A stretch of 64,000 bases of DNA from contig CAVNZM010000010.1 of NCBI GenBank assembly GCA_963693365.1, positions 6,263,794 to 6,327,793 of the forward strand, in the 5' to 3' direction. Numbering within the stretch: the first letter of the stretch is position 1; each line of letters begins with the position of its first letter. Made by a program: the position numbers and the translations under genes. This stretch comes from Amoebidium appalachense (lineage: Eukaryota > Protista > Ichthyosporea). The notes under the pieces were generated by a model, which saw nothing but the letters and a program-made list of their open reading frames with translations, made no database searches and was not told the origin of the DNA. Shown here one piece after another: positions 45,929 to 56,511 of the stretch.

Positions 45929-46833
45929 CCTCTCTCTCTCCCTCTCTCTCTCCCTCTCCCTCTCTCTCCCTCCCTCTCTCTCTCTCTGTCTCCCTCTCTC
46001 GCTCTCTTTCGTTCTCTCTCGTTCTCTCCCTCCCTCTCTCTCTCTCTCCCTCTCCCCCTCTCTCCCCCTCTCCCCCCCCCTTCCCCCTCCCCCCCCCCCC
46101 CCCCCCCCTCTCTCTCTCTCCCCCCGCTCCTTTTCCCAAACAATTCCCCCGCCGTTCTTCTTTCTCAGCCGGCTAGGTTTTTTGGGTTGCCTGGTAAGTT
46201 TTGAAATGGAGGTCTCGTCTCTGATCTGTCCACCACAGGGTTTTTTTTTTTTTTTTTTTTTTTTTTTTCCCTCCCTCCCTCCCCTCCCTTCCCTCCCCTT
46301 CCCTCCCCCCCCCCCCCCCCCCTTCCTTTTTTTTTTTTTTTTTTTTTTTTTTCCCTTCTCCCTCCCCCCCCCCCCCCCCCCCTTCCCCTCCTACCTTCTT
46401 TTTCCCCCCCCCCCTTCCCCCCCCCCCCCCCCCCTGGCCAAACCCTGTATACACTCTTCTCATCAGCAGGTCTCTAACCCACTCTGCAGAACGTTTTACG
46501 CATTTCTCCCCTCGGAGAACTTGGTCGTTGGTGCGTTTTTGTCTGACATCTAACGACTCTGCAGGGTCCCCTGAGACTACTGACACTCTAACATTCCCTC
46601 CCCTCTCTTACTTCCCCCCCCCCCCCCCCTCCCCCTTTCCCTCCTCCTTCCCCTCCCATTTTCTCTGCACACCCAACAGGTCTTAACCAGATCTGCACAT
46701 CGTTAGTCACAATCTTCTCACATATATGAGAGAATGATCGTATTGGTACGATTTGTCTAATATCTGACGATTCTGCAGCATCCCTAAGACCCCCCTCCCC
46801 CCTCCCCTCCCCCTCCCCCCCCCCCCCCCCCCA

Positions 46834-46920
<87 letters not shown>

Positions 46921-46925
46921 TTCCT

Positions 46926-46973
<48 letters not shown>

Positions 46974-47034
46974 GCGCCTGTTGTTTTGCTTGTCATTTGT
47001 TGTTCTGGTTGATTACCTGTAATCTTCGCTTATT

Positions 47035-47071
<37 letters not shown>

Positions 47072-48501
47072 TGTGCGGGGTTGCACATACCGGTGTCTAC
47101 TTTTCTTCTTACTGTTTTTCTCTCCACACACTTCATCTGTCCACTTCTGCATACCCCCTTTCATAGCTATAGACACACTTCACACATTGCGTTACGCGCA
47201 CGCATGCACACACCGCTCTGTTGGCGACAGCTCCCTTGGAACCCATGCGGCATGTTACCCGCCGGCGTAACATAACTCGGACTATCGGTTTGGCTTTTTT
47301 CAAGCCCAAAGCAATGGGTGATACCATATTTCCGGCTGACATCCGGGGGCATAGCTTTCCGTTCGAAGACGATAAAGTTCCGCCCTAGTAAGCGTGTTAC
47401 TACCCTGCGGCGTGGGTCAAATCTCATATTTTCCCCTCTGATTACGAATTCTGTGGCCTTCGGGACTTAATTCTTTTCAGCTGGTGTAGTATGTTAGCCA
47501 GGGAAGTATCGACTTAGGTATCGACGGGGGAGCTTCCTAGAAGCCCCGTCTCCTGAGTTCCTATCTATATTTTTCTTGCTTCTGCTTACTGCTGCAACTT
47601 TAACCCCCGGCCTTTCCCACTGCCCTTGCCTGCATAAGCAACCCTGCTCGTCTCTGATCAAGACGGGTGACCTACTCATGTTCAAGTGAAACAGTATCTG
47701 AGTTGGGTTTCGTTAACGAGGGGAATAGGTCGAAACTCGGGTACTGTGGATGACGTGGGCCCCCCCTGAGGATGGGCTCTGCTTATTATGCATACTCTTT
47801 ATGTATGGCTTGCATTCTGCATCGTGTTATCCGTTTGTTCTTGTGTACTTCGTACTTTTTGACGCATTCAAAACCCCCCCCCCCCCCCCCCCCCCCCCCG
47901 CCCACACACACACACACACACCCATCACCGACCTCCCCCGCTACCCATCTACCCCTTGCAATTTCACGTTCTTCCCAAACCATATTTGCTAACCACACGT
48001 GATGGCTGCAGCACGCCAAGCGTGAGAACAAGATGCAGCTTGCTGCCCTGATCAAGAACGACTACAACATCGACATCAACGTGGACTCGATCTTCGATGT
48101 GCAGGTCAAGCGCATTCACGAGTACAAGCGCCAGTTGCTCAACGTCCTGCACATCATCACCCTGTACAACGGTAAGCCCCCCTACCCCCCCCCCCCCCCC
48201 CCCCCCCCCCCCCACCCACCCACCCACCCACCCACCCTTTTTCTGAACTCACATACACACGCGCGCACTCTGCAGGCTGCAGGGCATCATTTGGTGGTTT
48301 TATTATTTCTCGTTTGCCTTCAGGAACCTCCAACAACAACAACAACAACAACAACCCCCTCCGGCCACATGTGATCAACGCTCCTCACGGCCATGCACTA
48401 ACCCCGTGCCTTCTTCATGCAGACATCAAGCGTAACCCCAACGCAACGTGGGTGCCGCGCACGGTGATGTTTGGCGGCAAGGCTGCGCCCGGCTACTTCA
48501 T

Positions 48502-48538
<37 letters not shown>

Positions 48539-48835
48539 AAGAAGGTCAACAACGACCCCCTGGTGTCCAAGTACCTCAAGGTCGTGTACTTCGAGAACTA
48601 CCGCGTGTCTCTTGCCGAGCGCATCTTCCCCGCCGCCGATCTGTCCGAGCAGATCTCCACTGCCGGCACTGAGGCCTCCGGCACCGGCAACATGAAGTTC
48701 CAGGTATGTTGATGAATATGTGTGTGTCACATGTAGATATGCCACGGGATGTAGATACACCACGGGCTGCGTGTGTTTGAAGCGTCATGTTTACCCATGG
48801 TCACAGGGTTACGTCCACTTGAAAGCAAGTCACTT

Positions 48836-48874
<39 letters not shown>

Positions 48875-49299
48875 CGCCCCCACACACACACACACAGCTG
48901 AACGGTGGCATGACCATCGGTACCCTGGATGGTGCCAACGTGGAGATGCGCGAGGAGATGGGAGCCGAGAACTTCTTCCTGTTTGGCATGACGGTCGAGG
49001 AGGTGCAGGAGCTCGAGCAGAAGGGCTACGACCCCCTCGAGTACTACTCGTCCAACCCGTCCCTGCGCGAGGTCATTGACCAGGTATGCACATGTTAATA
49101 TCTCCCGTGCTCCAGACCAGGCCTGCTTACCCATCCCTTGGTCTTTTGCCCTTCTCCCACTCTTCTTCAACCACTGCTTTTCTCTATCCATGTGTTTATC
49201 TCCTGGCCCGAAGTTTTGTGGTCTAGCATTCTGCCGCTCTCTGCTCGTTAGTGTATCTTGTTGCCTGATCCCCTCCTCCCTCCTTCTTCTCCCCCCCCC

Positions 49300-49352
<53 letters not shown>

Positions 49353-49900
49353 CCAACCTACCTGTGCTTCGATCAATCTGCCTCGTCGCTCGCCACCGAT
49401 CCATGTACATCCGATCCGGCACACATGCCCACACACACACGTACAACCTCACGAATACCTGCATCCCAACAACTATTCATGCTTCCCCACTATTTACCTT
49501 CTCCATGGCATTGAGCATGGATGTGTAGCATGGCACATAAACTATGAAAGACTGATCAAGGATGTCAAGCTTCAACCCTGATCAAACACATAACAGTGCA
49601 CTTCTAACACCAACCCCCTCCACCCTCGGCACACAGATCCGCGATGGTGAGTTCAACCCCGAGGACCCGTCTCTGTTCCACCCGATCGTCAACTCGCTGC
49701 TGCACGGTGACCGCTACATGCTGCTTGCCGACTACCAGAGCTACATCGACTGCCAGCGCAAGGTGTCCGAGACGTACCTCAACCAGAAGAAGTGGTTGAC
49801 CATGGCCCTGCACAACATCGCCACCGTCGGCAAGTTCAGCTCCGACCGTACCATCCGCGAGTATGCAAAGGACATCTGGGGCGCACAGTGCCTGTGCTAG
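39221..49900 (+). CDS. PYG: Glycogen phosphorylase (GT35), complete, 13 exons
   Basis: Exons 39221-39358, 39855-39971, 40702-41088, 41448-41589, 41989-42071, 42381-42575, 43738-44003, 44235-44384, 44548-44691, 48011-48171, 48423-48703, 48898-49083 and 49637-49900. All are GT-AG and phase-compatible. Motifs include [68 protein letters not shown] (PLP lysine) and [11 protein letters not shown]. Confidence 0.97.
42651..43500 (+). mobile_element. Structured non-coding retroelement, subfamily A: about 1.9 head-to-tail copies of a 452-bp unit, in PYG intron 6
   Basis: The unit restarts at 43103 and the copies appear identical. Flanked by the direct repeat cccccctccctaac (42638-42651 and 43501-43514). 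Confidence 0.92.
44743..44796 (+). mobile_element. Degenerate, internally deleted 3'-end fragment of subfamily B in PYG intron 9
   Basis: gcatattcttgatgtatgg..gtgtatttcgtactttatggcgcattcaaa+ccc, compared with 47790-47873. Confidence 0.65.
45085..45826 (+). CDS. Penelope-like element reverse transcriptase, 5'-truncated (C-terminal core motifs and thumb)
   Basis: [55 protein letters not shown] and LLNKGY. The ORF stops directly after the thumb, with no C-terminal GIY-YIG domain. Confidence 0.9.
47566..47873 (+). mobile_element. Subfamily B structured terminal repeat (pLTR-like)
   Basis: Near-identical to the reverse complement of 55823-56129 and highly similar to 19667-19927. Confidence 0.9.
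47634..47786 (+). ncRNA. Conserved structured RNA motif of about 155 nt; candidate atypical hammerhead-like ribozyme
   Basis: Stems covary between subfamilies A and B. GUU, GAAAC and CUGAGGA are invariant (see findings). Confidence 0.55.
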
Positions 49901-50814
49901 GCAACTGTGTATACCAAATGAGTATGTGAGTGCATTTGGAAGATTTGCGCTGCCCTGCTATAGATTGGTGGGTGGTGCACGTGGCTATGGCGTATGTATG
50001 TTATCCAGTCACCGTGTACATGTGTGTAAAGGTACTCAGTGGAAGTCTTTTGTTATGTGGTACCTTCGTGAGTTTGTTCTCAGGGCTCCACCGGTGATGG
50101 AGTCAAGCACCCCTCCTTCGTTTATAAGTTTTCGATCGAGCGGTGTGAGAACATGTCCACAAAAATATTACAGAAACCTTATAAATATAAGATGTAGTAG
50201 TTAGTGTAGGTTTTTCCTTGCAAAGAAGGACTGGCAAGGCGCCGTCCCCCTGCCTAGAAAAAAATAAATTCTTGTCAAATGACTATTCCCTGCGTACAAG
50301 CATGGTGTCCAACTTGTCATTTTGGTTCCAACCCCCCCCCCCCCCCCCCCCCCCCCCCGCCCCCCGGGCGCCTTTTTCCTCAGTAGAGGCAAAAAAAACA
50401 ACGTTACCACCACAACCCCGGGCACACACACCACGAACATTATTCTCTTGAAGTGAACCACCCTCAGTCTATTCTTTTGGATTTAGCGGAGCTATGTCTC
50501 TATCCCATGTTCTCCCCTCCCCTCACCATACAAACAATCAATTGCAAACCCCTCCAAATCCGAGTCCTCCTCTCACGTGTACGTTCGATGTTGAACTCGG
50601 GTACATGACCTGTGAGACGCTTTGAAATTCGCTCTTAAGTACATATGTTCGTTCTCGATCAGATGAATTAGGCCCCCTCAGATGTTCTTTGGACATGGGC
50701 TATATTTGCAAAATGCATTGTGCCTTTTTGTGTAGTCCATTATCCATGTGTGTGTGTACCTTGTAGTCTGTCAGCCCCCCCCCCCCCCCCCCCCCCCCCC
50801 CGGCCCTCCGTCCC

Positions 50815-53800
50815 CACCGTACCACGGTGACAACCACCACCAAGTACGGCCTGTGACACGGTCTTTATTTAGGAGCCCTCCCCTCCCTCCTCCCTTCCCT
50901 CCCTCCCTCCCTTTTCACCACCACCAGCAGGTTTACACGGTCTGTATTTGAGAGCCCCCCGTCCTCCCTCCCTCTCGAGGTTCTCCCCACTACCACCACC
51001 ACCACCAGGTTTATATACAAATTCAACTCTACATTGGTCGACACATCCACACACCCCGGTTACGCGAAAAACCGAGGCATTATTGTACTTGCCGCGCCAC
51101 ATGTCGAGTGAGAGTGAAGTGCAAACCGGTACCGGTAGCAAAAACGGAATTCTCGGTTTCTATAGAGTTTCTTTCTAATGTTTTTACTTTTGTATATTAC
51201 CCACCATCTATGTCGGTTGCCGAATTGACTCACGAGTTGTCACAGTTACCAATGTCCACTGTTATTTTAGGTGATTTTAACACGCGACTCCACAACACAG
51301 ACACACTGCAAGTGAGTGTCGGGTACCCATCTAAGCCGCCGGAGCGTGCTATCCCTTTAGCAAGGTATGTCCAAAGTCACACTTTGCGGTTCCCTCAAAT
51401 ATCCCATGCCCACAACACCGACTGAGGAGTGGCCTTTTGGCCATCAACCATGTCAAAACTCTCTCCCCCTCCTAACCTCTCTAGGTCATCGATATCTGAC
51501 CACTCTCCTATCCTTTTCCTACCTAAGATCTCCCTTGATCTGCTCCCCCCTCCTCCTCCCACCTTTCGCCTCCGTCTATCCCAGCTTAAGTCACAGTGGG
51601 GCAGAGTTGATGTATGTGTATGCTATGCAACGAAACACCCTATATATATGCGCCTATTAGAATCTGCACAAGCCAGACCAGATTCACATCTCGTACTAGA
51701 TACATGCACTAACTTTATTGTTGATTATTTAATAGATCTCGGTGATTATGCTGGTGGTGGTAGGAAGGAATATCCCGATGCTCTCTTGTTACCAAACACC
51801 ACTCCCGCTAGACTAGGTGAACCCCTGTCTCAAAAGGAAAGCTTGCGCCGGCTTGCTAGTATGAATCAATTTGGCCCCCCTGCTCGTAATATTGGTGATA
51901 CCACTGGAGACCCCCTCCTAGACTCTGATAAGTATTTCTCGGAACTGTTTAAAGATAGGACCCCCGCTCAGAAACCTACTGTGTGGCCTGTAGACCCATC
52001 TATCCCCATAGAATCGATCCTCCCCTTTTTCAGTCCCCATACCATATGGTCTGTGATATCTAGTTATAGCTCTAGTAAGTCTTGTGGACCTGATGGACTC
52101 CCTGCTCGGTTTCTTAAAATCCTTGTTCCCTCCTACCCACAGAAGGAAAGTGATCGTGCTATTAAACCTGATCTTACTATTATGTTAAGCTCTCTCTTTT
52201 CTTGGTGTGTTAAATGTGGACATGTCCAGTCATCTTGGTTAGATACCTTAGTGATCCCCATAGTTAAGAAGGACTCTGAGGGCCCCATATCATCTTTTCG
52301 CCCCATCACACTAACCCAGGTTGTTCGTAGATTCTTTGAAGCTTGCTTACTTAGGTTATTTGCACAACACCCTAGGTTTCAATCTATTCTTCACATACAC
52401 CCATGCCAATCCGCTTTTCGTAAAAACAATTCATGTTATGTTCAAATAATGGCACTGCACGATTCTATGCAAGTTGATGCACACGATATGTTGGCTTTAT
52501 TGATTGGAAAACTGCTTACGATTCTGTCTCCCCTGGTATCCTATGGGAAAAGCTTGCTGCACGGGGTGTACCACACTGCATTGGTGTTCTGTTAGAAGCA
52601 CTCTTGTCTCAAACCTATGGTAGAGCTTTGGTTAATGGGCATCTTTCATATGGTTTTGCTCGTACTAGAGGTCTCTTGCAGGGTTCATTGCTTAGCCCCT
52701 TTTTGTTTAACCTATTTATAGATGATTTGGCTGTCAAGATTTATGCCGAAAACGATGACCCTATTAATAACTTTTCGCCTGCACTTCTCTATGCTGATGA
52801 TCTGTCCCTCCTTGCCCGTACCCCTAGACGCCTTCAAAGATTGTTCGTTGTAGTGTCAGAGTGGTGCAAGGCAAACCTTATGATCTTTAGCATAGACAAA
52901 TGTGGTGTTCTTGTACCTGATATAGCTAACAATTTACACACATTTACATTATCATCTAAACCTGTACCTATAGTTCCAGAATACAAATATCTTGGTGTTC
53001 CGGTTAATTCTGTTGGTGTTATGTTTTCCCATATGGTCGAAAAGAGGGTAGAGTTGGCTCGTAAGCGGTTAGCTTTCTTCTCGACTAATATTTTTAAAGA
53101 CACACCCCTCCATCCTTCTATTAGACTTACATTTATTCGCACTTTTGTCTTCCCGGCATGTGAATATGGTTTACCCCTTCTCGCCGCTTGGATCAAGAAA
53201 GAAAGAACTAGGGTTAAACCCTTGGCAAATATCCTTGAAGCAGAAGTTGCCTCCTTCCTATCTAACAACTGTTGTAGGGCCTGGGCCTGTAACACTCTCG
53301 ATATATGGTCTGGTCCCAATAGCTGCTAGAGTATCCTATCTCGCGCTGAAATTCAATAAGCACATAAGCCGCTTAAAGAAGTATTTGCCCTCCCACCCTC
53401 TCTTCTCTATCCGACCTGTCCCCTCCTCCCCTCTCCCCTCTTTCCTTCCCTCTCACTCCCCTTCTCCCCTGGGCACAAATACAAATAAACCCCGCAAAAG
53501 TGTGTGTGAGAGTTTGGACTGCCACTTACTTATTAAACATGTACACAATCACAAGATAATCACGCAATATAACAAATGGAAAAAGATACCACACGACACT
53601 AGACCCGATAAAAGCAGACACCTTGAAAAACTAAGCCTTATGTCTCGTTTTATATATACTGACCGCCTCAACCATATTGCCAAATATGGCACTCGCAAAT
53701 GTATAACACCTAAATACATATTACCTTCCTGTAGAACTGGTCTTTCTCTAGCTGATGGTATTATTGATCAATTTGGGCCACGCTTTTACTGTACACGTGC

Positions 53801-54085
53801 TATACAGTGGAGCTGAGTACTATGATAAGTATAAGGTGGCATCGTTTGCATGCCCAAGCAACACACACACACACCAGTTTAAACGGTCATGTATCGCCAA
53901 ATGTAGTTTGATAGACCACATAATACCGCAACACACACACGTCACATTCACAACAGACACCCAGAAAGATAGCCTACCTGTAAATTACTACTAGCTTGAT
54001 TTTATACTAAACACGCGTCACTACGACCTGTTTATTAGATGTATCAGTGATTGGCTTGAGAAACACATCACTACAAAATTCTAGC

Positions 54086-54152
<67 letters not shown>

Positions 54153-54186
54153 CCAGCTGATACCGAGTGTCCCAGGGGAGCCCCAG

Positions 54187-54234
<48 letters not shown>

Positions 54235-54638
54235 AAAAAAAAAAAAAAAAAAACGGGGAACCCCAACTAATTGATTTTTCTTAGTCTTTATGGTGTCTCG
54301 TAGAGAAAGTAAACCCTGATATATCATATTACATCACCCGACATCTATGTACGTGATCATGATATACCGCTGAGGGGATATTCCGAGCAAAAAACCCCAT
54401 ACCTGATACTGGTCTCTCTTTGCCTCGAGTAAACAGCGTAAACCCCCAGGTTTATATACACGGTCTATATTCATATTTGGGACTGCCCCCACTCCCTCCC
54501 TGAGGCCTCCCGGGCCCTCCCCACCACCGTCCACCAGCAGGTTTACGCGGTCTATATTTGGGAGCCCCCCTCCCCCCCCCCCTCCCTCGAGGCCTCCCCA
54601 CCACCACCACCACCAGGTTTACAAGGTCTATATCAGGG

Positions 54639-54642
<4 letters not shown>
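50815..54642 (+). repeat. Degenerate tandem minisatellite (about 70-85-bp unit) split by the LINE (left arm 50815-51019, right arm 54446-54642)
   Basis: Recurrent unit ccaccacca(gca)ggtttacacggtct.tatttgggagccccc on both sides of the element. Confidence 0.75.
51020..54445 (+). mobile_element. Non-LTR retrotransposon (APE endonuclease + RT), 5'-truncated and frameshifted, with 15-bp TSD
   Basis: EN motifs VYYPP, ILGDFN and SDH. RT motifs KSCGPDG, FRPITL, QSAFR, GLLQGSLLSPFLFNLFIDDL, LYADD and YKYLG across ORFs 51108-51425, 51429-52595, 52604-53329 and following frames. TSD ccaggtttatataca at 51005-51019 and 54446-54460. Confidence 0.92.
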
Positions 54643-54684
<42 letters not shown>

Positions 54685-55414
54685 TGCAACACACACACAC
54701 CACCTGAAACACACACACACACACACACACACACACGGTGTCACGCATGCGCAAGGCCTTTTCTGTCTACATATGGAACACATGTGCATGCTGGTCAGCG
54801 TGGTGTGCACGTATGTGCCCACCACCAAGGGGCCACCCAATCGTACATTTACCGTGACGCCACCAGGACACCTCCAGTACCAACACTTTCAAAGCCTCCA
54901 GACGATTAATGTGAACATGGACAAGCAATCTATGGTATCCAGCCTATCGCCAAATGATATCCCAGTTGAAGTATACACTCAGAAATACAGCCCCTGGCCG
55001 CCCCAGGGAGAAGGGGGGGGGGGGGGGGGGGGGTAACGTGTATACGATACGGGAAAGACTCATGACATGAACCTAATATTATCACGTAAGGTTTATTCCC
55101 GGGGCTGGCTGGGGCTGGCTTGGTCAAAATCTGTCAGGCAGCCCGTGGCCTCACGCATCATGATCTTATGTACACGGCATGCATCCCCAGTAGCTACCAG
55201 GCCGCATGGGTAGTCTGCATGCTGAATCATCTCATCAAATGTCGTTATTCGACACTTTTACGTCTATTACTTAATGGCACTTTTGTGCAAATCGTCTAAA
55301 ATACAATTACTGGAGCCATTACTAACTTTTGCTTGCAAAGCGAGAGCACAATTACATGTTTTCTATAATATCTTTGCGAATAACAGGAAAGAAGAAAGAT
55401 AGATGGAGGAAAAT

Positions 55415-55790
55415 TTATGCTGCGGTGGTGGCTGCAGGCACGGCTGCCGGGGCAGTTGCATTTGCGGCGGCAGTGGCATTGGTGGTGGTGTTGGCTGCTG
55501 ATGATAAAGAGCCAATCAGTAATCAAATATTAACCAATGATGATATGGGAAGATGGTATGTGGTTATCGTGGGGAAGAACTCCGAGGGAGAAGGGGACGA
55601 GGAGGGAGGTTGGGTGGGGATGGGGATGAGGTGGAACGAAGGGCGAACGAGATAACTAAGAAGGGAAAGCTGAAGGCTAAAGAGTGTGGAATACAACCTA
55701 CGGGCTAAGGTAGGTGGGAGAAGCGGGAAAGCATGGGGTAGATGCCGGGATGGGGGGAAGTGGTGGTGGCGGCGGTGGTGTGTATTTGGT

Positions 55791-55824
<34 letters not shown>

Positions 55825-56463
55825 GAATGCGTCAAAAAGTACGAAGTACACAAGAACAAACGGATAACACGATGCAGAATGCAAGCCATACATAAAGAGT
55901 ATGCATAATAAGCAGAGCCCATCCTCAGGGGGGGCCCACGTCATCCACAGTACCCGAGTTTCGACCTATTCACCTCGTTAACGAAACCCAACTCAGATAC
56001 TGTTTCACTTGAACATGGGTAGGTCACCCGTCTTGATCAGAGACGAGCAGGGTTGCTTATGCAGGCAAGGGCAGTGGGAAAGGCCGGGGGTTAAAGTTGC
56101 AGCGGTAAGCAGAAGCAAGAAAAATATATATGGGGGGATTGTGAGGACTAAGTCAAACCCCGATAACAATGAATGTTGATATATGTCTGTGTGTTCTGCC
56201 GACGAGAGGAGACTATGGCGAAAGAAAAGTGGGGGTTAATGGGGGTTGTGAACGGGGGCTTTGTATGGCTGCTCTGACTTTTTGGGATGCGCCTAAAATT
56301 GTGGGAGTCGAGCCCACTGTAGAAAACAAAGAATTTTAGGTAGCAGGAAAGGGCGACGAACATGAAGGGATAATTAGTGGACAGGCGAAAGCAAAACGTA
56401 TACGGTGCCTATAATTCATGTGCGCGTGCCGTGTAGAGGGATGGTGGTGGGTGTATGTATGGT

Positions 56464-56511
<48 letters not shown>

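Larger units (their letters stand above)
45085..47873 (+). mobile_element. Probable extent of the 5'-truncated PLE insertion in PYG intron 9 (RT, about 2-kb 3' region, terminal repeat)
   Basis: Bounded by poly-C on both sides. The RT and the subfamily B repeat are co-oriented. Continuity of the two is inferred, not proven. Confidence 0.6.

Noticed and set aside
47748-47790. SECIS-like ATGA stem-loop
   Set aside because: No apical AA and no matching 3' GA quartet, and no in-frame TGA in the visible RT.
50555-50775. Weak resemblance to the structured element (gaactcgggta, gtgtacc..gta + poly-C)
   Set aside because: Similarity is too fragmentary, and the core motifs GAAAC and CUGAGGA are absent.
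50815-51019. CRISPR-like repeat-spacer appearance of the minisatellite
   Set aside because: Eukaryotic context, degenerate repeats, low-complexity related spacers and no cas genes.
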